Assembly: GCF_001194135.2 (NCBI RefSeq)
Contig: NC_068991.1
Coordinates: forward strand, 35,668,038-35,732,037
DNA: 64,000 nt
Source: Octopus bimaculoides
Lineage: Eukaryota
Reading direction: 5' to 3'
Of the stretch, positions 39,613 through 52,250 are shown piece by piece (position 1 is the stretch's first letter; the number at the start of each line of letters is the position of its first letter). The translations under genes were made by a program, and so were the position numbers. Under the pieces are notes generated by a model. The model was not told the origin of the DNA. It searched no databases and saw only the letters and a program-made list of their open reading frames with translations.

Positions 39613-41367
39613 ACATGTATTCATCTTCCTATTCTCTACCTCTATAACTACTCCCTTAGTAACTTCATTATTAACACCCTCTTCTTGAACTCTTTTCTCC
39701 TCTCACCTTTCCCTGTCTCAGTATCCCCTCCCCAATTCCTCCACGTTTAATCATTCCATCTTTGAACTTCTCTGCACTTAGATCTTAGATCTGAAATGTA
39801 AGGTCTCTACTCTGATGACGGAGGCTCATCTCATCCTATGTGAAATGCATCTATACAACCGAATTTTGTGATGAACTAAATCTACCAACATTATTATGGA
39901 TCGCTGAGTCCCCAGAAACAGCTGTTTGACTTACAAGACTTTTCTTTCATTCCGTATCAGTTGGACCTATTAATATAAATATCTATATATTTATACATAT
40001 AAATTCATCATCTGAAAGTTTTCACCATTTGATTTCTCTCGTGTTGCATGTATACATATATGCATATTTTGTATTTAATAAATCTAATATATTTGAAGTC
40101 TAATTTGTTTATCCTCATAATTGCTTCTATATGTACATAAATGTTTGTATGTATGTATATGCATGTGTATGAGGGTGTATATATATATATATATATACAT
40201 ATATATGTATATATAAACTCATATGCATACATAGCAGCATATACATAGGCGGTGCTCCAGTATGGCCACAGTCTGAAACAAACAAAAGAGTAAAAGAGTA
40301 AAAGATTAATATATATATATATTATATATATGCAGGTGTAAGTATATATACGTGCATATGTATACATATGCATATAATACATATATATATATATATANNN
40401 NNNNNNNNNNNNNNNNNNNNNNNNNNNNNNNNNNNNNNNNNNNNNNNNNNNNNNNNNNNNNNNNNNNNNNNNNNNNNNNNNNNNNNNNNNNNNNNNNNNN
40501 NNNNNNNNNNNNNNNNNNNNNNNNNNNNNNNNNNNNNNNNNNNNNNNNNNNNNNNNNNNNNNNNNNNNNNNNNNNNNNNNNNNNNNNNNNNNNNNNNNNN
40601 NNNNNNNNNNNNNNNNNNNNNNNNNNNNNNNNNNNNNNNNNNNNNNNNNNNNNNNNNNNNNNNNNNNNNNNNNNNNNNNNNNNNNNNNNNNNNNNNNNNN
40701 NNNNNNNNNNNNNNNNNNNNNNNNNNNNNNNNNNNNNNNNNNNNNNNNNNNNNNNNNNNNNNNNNNNNNNNNNNNNNNNNNNNNNNNNNNNNNNNNNNNN
40801 NNNNNNNNNNNNNNNNNNNNNNNNNNNNNNNNNNNNNNNNNNNNNNNNNNNNNNNNNNNNNNNNNNNNNNNNNNNNNNNNNNNNNNNNNNNNNNNNNNNN
40901 NNNNNNNNNNNNNNNNNNNNNNNNNNNNNNNNNNNNNNNNNNNNNNNNNNNNNNNNNNNNNNNNNNNNNNNNNNNNNNNNNNNNNNNNNNNNNNNNNNNN
41001 NNNNNNNNNNNNNNNNNNNNNNNNNNNNNNNNNNNNNNNNNNNNNNNNNNNNNNNNNNNNNNNNNNNNNNNNNNNNNNNNNNNNNNNNNNNNNNNNNNNN
41101 NNNNNNNNNNNNNNNNNNNNNNNNNNNNNNNNNNNNNNNNNNNNNNNNNNNNNNNNNNNNNNNNNNNNNNNNNNNNNNNNNNNNNNNNNNNNNNAATTAA
41201 TAAATTTCTTCTGCGAAAGTCTAAACACTTCTGGAATGCATCTTGTAGAGATAGATAGAAAGATAGAGATAGAAAGAGAGAGAGAGGGAAAAAGAAAGAG
41301 GGAGAGAGGGTGACAGAGAGAAGGAAAACTCACATACACATATATGTGTGTATGTATGCTCTTTTAC

Positions 41368-41745
41368 TTGTTTCAGTCATCTGACTGCGGCCATGCTGGA
41401 GGACTTCCTTTATAGTCGAGCAAATAGCCCCCAGAGTTTATTCTTTGTAAGCCTAGTACTTATTCTATCGGTCTCTTTTGCCGAACCGCTAAGTTACGAG
41501 GACGTAAACACATCAGCATTGGCTGTCAAGCGATGCTGGGGGACAAACAGACACACAAACATATACACACACATATATATACATATACGACGGGCTTCTT
41601 CCAGTTTCCGTCTGCTAGATCCATTCACAAGGCTTTGGTCGGCCCGACGCTATAGTAGATGACACTTGCCCAAGGTGTCACGCAGTGGGACTGAACCCAG
41701 GATCATGTGGTTGATAAGCAAGCTACATACCACACAGCCACAGGA
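41368..41745 (-). mobile_element. SINE family B, full-length, minus strand
   Basis: Reverse complement of the family B head, body and tail. Confidence 0.9.
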
Positions 41746-42610
41746 GTAGCTGTGTGGTAAGTATATGTGTGGCTGTGTGGCTGTGTATATTTAATTCTAT
41801 ATATATATATATATATATATATGAACATACATAGTAATAGAAATATATATGTTTAAATGCATGTGTATTATATATACATATTCAAATATTTATACGTATC
41901 TGTACACAACACATGCACACATGCGCGCACACGCAAATACACACACAAGCACACAAAAACACACACATACACGCATACATAGAGTTTTGTGTAAACTAGA
42001 TTTGTTGGAATCATTTGTGAAATGTTCGTGCCTCTGAGAAAAAGAACAGAGAATAATAGCAAATATTTCTATGTGACTGAAGATACGTTTTTTGTATGTA
42101 TGTATTTTATATTTGTATGTATGTTTGTTTGTATGTATGTATGTATGTATGTTTGTATGTATGTATGCGTGTATAATGAATGAAGTATCTCAGTATCGGG
42201 GAACGGCATTAGCGATCAATAATCGCCTTATATTAAGGTCAAGTTTATCATATAAATCAACAGCAACCTACTCGCTGAAAGATTGGGAAGTTGGAATTGA
42301 GAAGATGATTATAGATGTTCAAGAACAAATTTTAAATGCCAATAGCTAAATAGCAGCGCTGCTACACAACAACACGTATTTATGTAAAATATTTAGTCAG
42401 GTAGAAGATGAAGAACAGCAAGATATTTCGTTTAATAAAGGAAAGATATATGTGTTTTTTTTTAATCGATATATTTAGATTTGAAGCTCAAAGAAGAAAA
42501 AAAGGGCTCCTACCTTCGTTTCCATTTATATCTGAAAATATGATTAATTGCTCCTAATAATATCGTGAAGCAGTGTAGTGGCACCTTAGAAAGCTGTGTG
42601 ATGTGATGTG

Positions 42611-42652
<42 letters not shown>

Positions 42653-43052
42653 NNNNNNNNNNNNNNNNNNNNNNNNNNNNNNNNNNNNNNNNNNNNNNNN
42701 NNNNNNNNNNNNNNNNNNNNNNNNNNNNNNNNNNNNNNNNNNNNNNNNNNNNNNNNNNNNNNNNNNNNNNNNNNNNNNNNNNNNNNNNNNNNNNNNNNNN
42801 NNNNNNNNNNNNNNNNNNNNNNNNNNNNNNNNNNNNNNNNNNNNNNNNNNNNNNNNNNNNNNNNNNNNNNNNNNNNNNNNNNNNNNNNNNNNNNNNNNNN
42901 NNNNNNNNNNNNNNNNNNNNNNNNNNNNNNNNNNNNNNNNNNNNNNNNNNNNNNNNNNNNNNNNNNNNNNNNNNNNNNNNNNNNNNNNNNNNNNNNNNNN
43001 NNNNNNNNNNNNNNNNNNNNNNNNNNNNNNNNNNNNNNNNNNNNNNNNNNNN

Positions 43053-43086
<34 letters not shown>

Positions 43087-43411
43087 TATATATAAAAATA
43101 TGATCCGGAGATCCGAGTGTAGGAAGTCGGTAAACTTCAGGTAGTGAATGGTAGGTATAGAGAACAAACTGTGGACAGTGTATCATAAAGAACGATAACA
43201 ATTCATTGGCGCCAAGAATTATACATGTTTTCCTATATCGAAGTTGCGGGGAAATTCGATAAGCTGACAGTTTCTATATAGCTTACAGTTAGCAACTAGA
43301 GTTGCTAGTAAGGTGAATAAATATCCAAATTGAGAGAGTAGAATAGGTAAAATGTACCTTACATATGTTTCTTAGCTAGCTGAAGCTCTTTATGCGACGA
43401 GATATGCTCCG

Positions 43412-43856
43412 GCGATAAGGCAAAGGCTGAGACCCAAAATTTGCAAGAGTTGGTGTGTGGCTTAGAGTTGAAGAGTAGGAAGGAAAAGAAAGGGGAAGAA
43501 AGAAGAAAGGAAAATAGAAAATAATTGTTATCTTTAAGGGGAAAATAATGTGACAAGAGATTTTACCGACTGTTAGAATCCTGTCGTTCAAGTTAATGAG
43601 GATAAAAGGGGTGGTGTTCGCGTTGCAGAATACAAGGCACCAGTACACACACTCAAGCACCAATACAAATGCACACGTACACACCAACCGCGAGCACGTA
43701 TTTATGATCACAATATTTCCCCCTTAACGATAACATCATTTTCTCTTTTTTCTTCTTTATTTCCATTTCTTTCTCTTTCCTTTCTGTCTCTTTTCCTTCC
43801 TACTCTAAGCCACACCGACTCTTGCATAATTTAGGTCTCACCATTTGCTTTATCGC
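43412..43856. repeat. Foldback/MITE-like inverted repeat, arms 43412-43552 and 43708-43856
   Basis: gcgataaggcaaagg...gcaagagttggtgtgtggcttagag...taaggggaaataatgtga versus the reverse complement of the right arm; roughly 75-80% identical by eye. Confidence 0.8.
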
Positions 43857-44088
43857 GTATTGGCTATCTTGACATACTTCTTGACTTATTTGCTTTTTAC
43901 TTATTTTTATTTTTTACTAATAGCTTCTCTATTAAGTTAAACTCACCGCTGTGTTTGGAAAAAAGGGTGGGGAGAACTGGACCCCCTCATCCCGGAATCA
44001 CTGGAATTTTTTTCTTTTAGTCGAATGAATTGCGGTGACCTCCTAATATGGCACAAAGCCTTTTTTTTTGGAAAATGGGGTGAGGCGT

Positions 44089-45282
44089 GGTGGAACCCTC
44101 GGAAATTTCACCCCACCACTCCCAACATGTTATAGAAGTACGTTTTCCAGAGTGTTGATTACATGGTTCGTCATTAAATATATAGAGAATGTGAATTAAT
44201 ATGTTAACATTTATATTGTGTGTATTTTATGGTGAAACTAATTTTTCCTGAAGTCGTAGTGTATGCATATATATTTATATATTAATATTAATATATTAAT
44301 ATATNNNNNNNNNNNNNNNNNNNNNNNNNNNNNNNNNNNNNNNNNNNNNNNNNNNNNNNNNNNNNNNNNNNNNNNNNNNNNNNNNNNNNNNNNNNNNNNN
44401 NNNNNNNNNNNNNNNNNNNNNNNNNNNNNNNNNNNNNNNNNNNNNNNNNNNNNNNNNNNNNNNNNNNNNNNNNNNNNNNNNNNNNNNNNNNNNNNNNNNN
44501 NNNNNNNNNNNNNNNNNNNNNNNNNNNNNNNNNNNNNNNNNNNNNNNNNNNNNNNNNNNNNNNNNNNNNNNNNNNNNNNNNNNNNNNNNNNNNNNNNNNN
44601 NNNNNNNNNNNNNNNNNNNNNNNNNNNNNNNNNNNNNNNNNNNNNNNNNNNNNNNNNNNNNNNNNNNNNNNNNNNNNNNNNNNNNNNNNNNNNNNNNNNN
44701 NNNNNNNNNNNNNNNNNNNNNNNNNNNNNNNNNNNNNNNNNNNNNNNNNNNNNNNNNNNNNNNNNNNNNNNNNNNNNNNNNNNNNNNNNNNNNNNNNNNN
44801 NNNNNNNNNNNNNNNNNNNNNNNNNNNNNNNNNNNNNNNNNNNNNNNNNNNNNNNNNNNNNNNNNNNNNNNNNNNNNNNNNNNNNNNNNNNNNNNNNNNN
44901 NNNNNNNNNNNNNNNNNNNNNNNNNNNTATATATATATATATATATATATTAATATTAATATATTAATATATATCAATATATTAATATATTAATATATTA
45001 ATATATATCAATATATTAATATATATATATAAATATATTAATATATGTATATACATATAAAGCCATGATAGATCGTTGACCAAAGACCATTAAATTTTTT
45101 TCTCCGTGTTTTTCTCCTTGTTTTCTCCGTATTCTTTCTGTTAAAGAGCGTAGCTCGAAACGTTAAAGACTTTCTGTATTCCCGAGCGTCAAACTAATAC
45201 ATCGTTTTGTTGTTTACACCACCTGTCCTCGTCTGTTGTTGTTTTTTTTGTACATTCTCCCACATATATATGTATATATATT

Positions 45283-45322
<40 letters not shown>

Positions 45323-45515
45323 AATATATATATATGCATACACTATGACTTTAGAAAAAATATTTTCAGCATAATACACACAATATAAATGTTAGCATAT
45401 TAATTTACATTCTGTATATATTTAATAACGAACCATGTAATCCACACTCTGGAAAACGTATTTCTGTAAAATTTTGAGAGTGGTGGGGTGTGTGAAATTT
45501 CCGAGTTTTCCACCC
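44089..45515. repeat. Foldback with ~190-bp inverted arms (44089-44280 and 45318-45515)
   Basis: ctcggaaatttca...cgttttccagagtg..gattacatggttcg...aacatttatattgtgtgtatt...tagtgtatgcatatata is present in inverted orientation on both sides; roughly 85% identical by eye. Confidence 0.85.
45055..45265 (+). mobile_element. Solo Penelope pLTR with hammerhead-like motif (45133-45169)
   Basis: Matches the pLTRs at 11340-11495 and 21000-21150: tcttt-CTGTTAAA-GAGC gta GCTC-GAAAC gtt-aaaga...cccgagcgtcaaactaatac. Confidence 0.8.
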
Positions 45516-46859
45516 TACCTTATCCCGTTTTAATATTTCACACATGCGCGCGGGTACATACACACACGTACACACATATGAAAGTTCTTGGTGGATCTAG
45601 TGTCTTACTGTATGATTGAAAGCTATATCAACCCTAGAACTGGACGTCACTTCATAGTGTCGATGGTCTCATTCTTTCCATCTAGAGTAAAGACCTAATA
45701 ATTTAACAGCTTAAGGTTCAGAGCCCCACGGCTTTTCATTACCTTACTAGGATCCTCATAGATCTTCGAGGTATTGATGTATCCACAACGTGGATGTTGA
45801 TGTATTTAGAAAGTACTTAATGCACATTCGTATTTGAGATATCAGATGAATCAATACCACGATAAGAAACGCAAATAAGGCTGGTGTTGGCGAAGCCAGC
45901 AATGCCCTTTAACGAAACCAGATATAGAGAGAAGCCGTCGAAATGACGTGATTAAACTAACACTGACACCAATAGTAGTGTTTCATCATGGCTACAGCCT
46001 CTAGTTGAAACAGGTAAATGTGAAAGTAAAATATATATGTGTATTCATATATGTATTTGTACATATATTGGTTAAGGTGTTGGACAAGCAATCATTGCGC
46101 CATCATTTCGAATCCTCGACAAAATGAAAATCAAAATTAAAAATCAAATCTTAAAAATTAGAAGTTAAAATGTTGAAAATTAGCAGTCAAAAAATTAGAA
46201 CAATTCTTTTTAAATGTAACACTATAAGTATATATAAAATAATATGGAATAAATTATTTGGTGAAATATTATATATGATAATATATCAATATTAAAATGT
46301 AACGTATTATATAAAGCTATGAAATTAAAAAATATATAAAGTTTCTACCTAAACGTGTGATGTTCTGTGTGTGTGTAGGTAAATGTCTTGTGATAATACA
46401 TGAAATTACAATAAAATATGGATATAAATTATACGAAAATATAAAAGTAATAAAACGTAAAGACATATGTCTATGTATGTACATAGCTGTAAGTCCTTAC
46501 ATGTGCGCACCTAAATCCTCCCATACATCTACATATACACTCATCCACACTCACACATCCACGTGCATGGGTGCTCAGTTCTATATAAATTGATAAATTT
46601 GAACAAAAATATATAAATTAACAGAATAAAATAAAAATTAATAAAATTTTGTAATTCATGAAGATTCATAATATTTCTTGCTGACATTGTAGACAATGTG
46701 GCTGAAATATTAGAAAATATTTACTGGTGTCTGGCCAGCTCCCAGAAGCTTCACTTTCAGCGTTTAGACAGGTGCTAGGGTTCAGTGAGCTCTTCAGAAT
46801 AAGTCACCTTTCTCCTTTATGGAGCGCACACCTTCTGTTGCCGCTGGTATAGGGCTTAC

Positions 46860-46919
46860 TTTTTTTTCGAGCCATCCAGTTGATTGTTGGTGGACCGCTC
46901 TTTTAAATCCTATATATTG
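46860..46919 (-). CDS. Candidate 60-nt exon QYIGFKRAVHQQSTGWLEKK
   Basis: Acceptor gtgctttccag|, donor AAA|gtaagc; only one frame is open. Not linked to other exons. Confidence 0.3.
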
Positions 46920-47354
46920 CTGGAAAGCACTTAGCTGTTGCATTTGTTAATTTATTTAATTCATTTTTTATATACTTTTAATTCTTTAATTCTCCATTTT
47001 TTAATCTTTAGTAATTTAAAATTTTAAAATTTTCATATTTTAATTAAAATTTTTAGTGGTTCAATTCTTAATTTTTTATTTATGATGAATTTATTTTTAA
47101 TTTTTATTTACGCTTTTAGTTCTTAATTTTTTACTTTTTTAATTTTATTTTAAATTTATGTGTTTTGATTTATTCTTACTAAACTCAACCTTCACGCATG
47201 TACAACAGTAACTTGATCAAAATCTCATAATTAAGTCTAGCAGAGTTGTTCTCCTTCAAAAGTAAATGGTTTGGTGATACACCGGTGGTACTTTTCCCTG
47301 TAAGGGACATACACAACAACTGATGAATGGTGGTCGAAAATCGGATGAAGCTGT

Positions 47355-47531
47355 TCTATATTTAAGAGACGAGGAATTATGCATATCATTTACATTATTT
47401 ACATTTGACGGATATTTCTCCTCATCTTGTTTGTTGTTAAGACAACGTTTCGGCTGATATATCCTCTAGCCTTCATCAGGTGTCTTGGGGAAATTTCGAA
47501 CCTGGGTTCTCATTCCTAAGGTATTTTTCGA

Positions 47532-47585
<54 letters not shown>
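47355..47585 (-). mobile_element. Short hammerhead-bearing repeat (solo pLTR or non-LTR retrozyme-like) next to a (TTA)n tract
   Basis: Contains the hammerhead at 47439-47486; no ORF nearby; abuts (TTA)n at 47535-47584. Confidence 0.6.
47439..47486 (-). ncRNA. Type I hammerhead ribozyme, intact core
   Basis: Minus strand: aagacac-CTGATGA-a-GGCT agaggatatatc AGCC-GAAA-CG-TT-gtctt. Palindromic ACGT stem III; one mismatch in stem I. Confidence 0.8.
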
Positions 47586-47586
<1 letters not shown>

Positions 47587-47975
47587 CACAGTAATTATAC
47601 GGAACATTTAAATCGCTAAAATATGTCAGACTAGAGCTTGATAGCTTGAAATTAGCTGCATATTTTTGTAATGGAAATTATTAAGGAGAACTGGCAAAAA
47701 CCTTTCTTAGCAAAATTAATTTTTAGCAAAATTAATTTTTAGCAAATTGGAAATGTGTATAAAAAATTACATTGTTTTCTCAGTAGATGGCTTCACTTTT
47801 TTTAATCACTCCTCCCCATACTCGCGTTCTTCTGTCAGCATGGCAACTGCCGCCTCACTCGACCAGATGCTCTGCCGTTCATTGTTACCTATGAAGAACT
47901 GTAACTTCGGAACTGTACCACGTGGTCTGGTATTCGAGAAGTCTTGTTGGGATGCCAGTGCTACTTAGTTATTGG

Positions 47976-48176
47976 TTTCAAGTTTTGGCACAGGGCCAGC
48001 AATTTCGAAAGAAAGGATAAGTGGTTTACATCGATCAACTAGTACTTATTTTATAGACCTCGAAAGAAATGAAAGGCAAAGTGAATCTCAGTGGAATTTG
48101 AACTCAGAACGTAAAGACGGACGAAATGCCGCTAAACATTTTGCCTGGTATGCTAACGATTCTGCCAGCTCGTCGC
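47976..48176 (-). mobile_element. SINE family A with ~11-bp TSD
   Basis: Family A sequence; ttagttattgg at 47965-47975 and 48177-48187. Confidence 0.88.
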
Positions 48177-48551
48177 TTAGTTATTGGATGCTCTTCTTAT
48201 TACATTGCAGTCACCTCTTTTTTATTGATTCAGAAACCGTATTTCATGCTATGCAGTTGTACTTCTACATAAAGACATTCAAGATACTGACCTGTCTGGT
48301 CAGTACTTGGTTCGTAGACTATGTAATTGTATTTTCACACTAACACGGCCTGTGAATGTAACTACTTTGTAGTTTACCAATCATACTGGTCAGTGCTTAG
48401 CTCTATGATGCACTTCACCAAGATTGATTGAAGCCACTTTTCGTTTTGCGGCTCCAAAAAGAGAAGCTGAATTCCTAGCTATATTTTGCTACACTGTCTC
48501 AGCTGAAGATCAAAGGAGTGTTGAGCAAAGGAAGTACTCTGTCTACTTGAA

Positions 48552-48634
48552 ATGGCGAACGAATATTTCACAAGTTCTAGTTACAGCAGACTAGGTCACA
48601 TTCCGGAAACTGTACTGGACATACCGCCTTGGAA
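48552..48634 (+). CDS. Candidate first coding exon MANEYFTSSSYSRLGHIPETVLDIPPW
   Basis: gaaATGG Kozak-like context, strong donor AA|gtgagt, upstream acceptor ...ctgtctcag at ~48502. No downstream exon identified. Confidence 0.3.
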
Positions 48635-49849
48635 GTGAGTTTCTTTATTTTCTTAGCTTTATGGCATCACAATCTCAATAGTTTTGAATGTTTACCATAT
48701 GAATATTAGATGCACAATTTCACATATATTTTTTCATAAATAACTGCAAGAAAATAATAAATTCAAGAAAATGTTCTTTTTTCTTAATAAAAAAGACGTA
48801 ACAACAAATTCTGTGTTTTTAAATGTTTGATTTAAATAAGTAGAATNNNNNNNNNNNNNNNNNNNNNNNNNNNNNNNNNNNNNNNNNNNNNNNNNNNNNN
48901 NNNNNNNNNNNNNNNNNNNNNNNNNNNNNNNNNNNNNNNNNNNNNNNNNNNNNNNNNNNTATATATATATATATATATATATTGTGAACTATGAAATATA
49001 AGATATTTCAAGCAAATAGATAGTGAAGAGTATAAAAATAATTGAAATTTATGTCATTATAAAAACATAAATATAAAAGAGTAATTAATGTAAATAGTTC
49101 GATAAGTATTTAAGAAGTAAAATATTATTTTTCCTTTACTTGTACGAAACGTATAACTTAGATATAATTAAATAATGAAAAAAAATTGCGGTAAAATTTA
49201 TCACTTTAACTGATTTGAATACGCTAAATGAACATGTTTGTTGGGTATAATACATGATAAATTCAAATGTCTTAAAAATATGTGAAAAACACGTAACTAT
49301 AAAAATCTAGGAATATAACCTAAACATCAACTTTTATGGTTACTTTTAAGATGCTTTCAGATAACAAGCACAAGTAACGTAAGATCAATTCACATGAAAG
49401 TTGGAGAGGACACATGAACTAAAATTGAATAGATGATATTTCAAGTTTTGGCTAACAACATTTTATAATTGCCGATAAAACATCATATACACATGTCAAT
49501 ACAGTGTGTAAATATATAGATAATGGTTTCTGATGTTAATAAGAAGTGAGTGAAATTACAGTTGTTTCTAAAAGCAATTTGTTATGGCTTTTAAAGTTAG
49601 AAAAAAGTTGTGTTTTGGTCTAGGAAATTAAAATCAAATTGAAAACAGAAATGGCTTGATAAATAAAAGCATCTCACTGTGAGTAAAATATTATGCCACC
49701 AGGAAGTTTTATATATATTTAATACTCGTGGAAATGAAAAAGAACAAATTCTAGGATATTAGATATGAAAATAGCTCAAATGAAATTATAAAAATATGGA
49801 AAGGAAATATATACCCATTTATTCTTGTTTTAGTTTTTGGACTGTGTAC

Positions 49850-49950
49850 ATACATAATACATACATACAAACAAACAATCATACATACATACATACATAC
49901 ATACATCCATACATGCATACATACATACATACATACATACATACATACAT
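49850..49950. repeat. (TACA)n microsatellite
   Basis: Direct reading. Confidence 0.95.
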
Positions 49951-50930
49951 AACTGCTAGAGATATTAATGTAACCCATAATTTCTTTGTAGATGACCTCA
50001 AGATTTGCGCTAAAAATGTTAATAATGCCCCCCTCTCCCCCCCAAAACCCAGCTGGGATTAATAACAACATTTTCAGCTGACATAAGAATTTGGCCCGAA
50101 GAAATGTTCTTATTTGATTGATGAACAGGGAAAATCAGTCCCCCAAACCCCAAACCCCAAACCTGTGCATCAATGGTATCACTATTTCTCCTGCCGCACT
50201 CAAAGAATGCTACAAGTACCTAGGCATTGATGAAAATATATCGTACGAAGGTAATATGTATAAAGACAGAGTGACTCAAGAACATTACACCAGACTTAGA
50301 AAAATATGGCAGTTCAAACTCTCAGTACTGATTCCATCATTTGGAATACTTGACTGGTCTGTAAAAGAAATTCACTCCATAGACATTAAAACCTGAAAGA
50401 TTCTAACATCAACTGGAAATATCCACAAAAATAGTGATATTGACGGTGATATCAGAAAAGATAACGGAAATAAACAATATATAATGCCATCCAGAAAAAA
50501 TTGTCCTGCAATAAATATAGAGAATCCCTTTGTTATAGAATACTTACAGAAATATCAGCACAAAGAATACTGGTGGAACTTTCCAATTATATCATCTATC
50601 AAGTGTAAGCATAATAGGCCGGATATTGTTTTGAGACAAAAAAAATATGTACCGTCATAGAGGCCAGCTATCCTGCTGATGTGAATATCGTTTCGAATGT
50701 CAAAGAGAAAGAAGGTAACTATGAACAACTGCTTTGACAGCTACAGTTTCTATATCCTGATTACAAATGTACGTTCAGTACCGATAACAATTGGTGCGCT
50801 TGGTTGTTAAAGTAAATCCTTAAACTGTCAGTCTGGATAAGCTCGGATTTTCAGAAAAAGAAATCAGCTAAATGACTCGCTCAATTTAAATACAATCTGC
50901 AAGCGGAACATTATTTCCGTTGTCGATATT
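49951..50930 (+). mobile_element. Decayed R4/Dong-type (restriction-like endonuclease) LINE, 3' part with internal deletion
   Basis: THNFFVDDLKICAKN (RT catalytic motif); CYKYLGIDENISYEG...RVTQEHYTRLRKIW; ILDWSVKEIHSIDIKT*KILTSTGNIHKNSDID; KEYWWN...HNRPDIV...TVIEASYPADVNI (PD-(D/E)xK-type). Confidence 0.8.
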
Positions 50931-51053
50931 CCAAAGATGGAACTTTGTATCTTTGCTAGAATCCATCTCCTTCTTTAAATGAGGAATTTTAAAACAAAAA
51001 GAACATGCATACATGCTTACATACATACATACATGCATACATACATACATACA

Positions 51054-51086
<33 letters not shown>

Positions 51087-51087
51087 G

Positions 51088-51380
51088 AAACAGGAGATAA
51101 CTACTAAATACCCGATAAACAAGAGACAACAGATGTCACCAAACCTCCACGAACTAATAAAAAACACCGGTTATGCTATATTAGTGTGGAAGATATTGCT
51201 CTCATCATTCGCAGTTGCCTCAAAATGTCTACAAGATTCTACCTACCCTTGAGAAATGATATTGTAGCAAAAGCTGTTTACAATACTATCTGCAGGAAGA
51301 GTTGCTCTGGCGAATATATCAAAGGAATACGAGAATCAGAATTTACTTATACAAGGAATACTCCAATTGACTATGTAACT
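51088..51380 (+). mobile_element. Second R4/Dong-type fragment (CCHC finger region)
   Basis: QEITTKYPINKR...HRLCYISVEDIALIIRSCLKMSTRFYLPLRNDIVAKAVYN, the degenerate CxxC...H...C region that normally precedes the endonuclease. Confidence 0.7.
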
Positions 51381-52079
51381 CCATAGCTTCGTGCCAAAAC
51401 ATAGAAATGCTAGGATTTTCTTTGAAGGAGCAAAAGAAACTGACGCGCGTCCTTCAAGCCCAAACCTATTTGCAGAAAAGTGAAAATTTTCAAGACATTC
51501 CAAAGATTCTTCATCTGAGACTTTTGGTATGAACACCTGTACACATATACAGGATGGTCGCTAGAAAAGCAGAAAATCTGAAGGCAAAACTAAAAAGCAT
51601 TAATTAGATCATCTAGAAACTGTATGACAGGTGGTTTCATTGTTTCTGTTATGGAATGAGCACATAATCATAACAAGCATTGACGCCATTTGCTTCTGAG
51701 TGAATCCAACATGAAGGCAGAAAGCTGTAGAAGGAAACAGCTATCAGACTTTCAGAGACAAACCATTGTTCTTTTCAAGAGTGAAAATCTGACTTGGGGA
51801 CTGACTAAATGTTTAACTGTGTTACCGAACGTTTTTTAACTATCACAAGGCATCAACTTGATACTGTTGTTGCAACTTTGAAACTTTGTTTACCCCAAAT
51901 AGATCTTGTGAAATTATAAATGCCATTTCACTAATTTTCCGCTTTTCTAGCGACCACACTGTATAAAAAGTAATGAAGTACACACGCGCGCGCACACAGA
52001 CACACACAGACACAGACACACAGACACACACACGCACAGTCACAGACACAGACCCCTCCACGCACACACATACACACGC

Positions 52080-52250
52080 CCATAGTACGGATGCGTGGTT
52101 AAGGTGTTTGTTTCGTGACCACAAACAAACTTTTGGGCGAATTTCTTCTACTAGAGCGAGTGTATTCTACTATAGTCTCAGGTTGACCTATGCCCTGTGA
52201 GCCTGACTGCAGTTCAATGGCCGAAACAAGTAAAAGAATAAAAGAATAAA
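52080..52250 (+). mobile_element. SINE family B-like, internally deleted
   Basis: tgcgtggttaagg head, ttctactatagtctcagg, and tail gaaacaagtaaaagaataaaag. Confidence 0.6.

Noticed and set aside
39805-39860. CTGATGA...GAAATGCATC hammerhead-like motif
   Set aside because: Stems I and II do not pair convincingly; at best a heavily decayed relic.
47747-47968. GC-richer island open on both strands with possible splice sites
   Set aside because: The strand cannot be decided and no homology was recognised.
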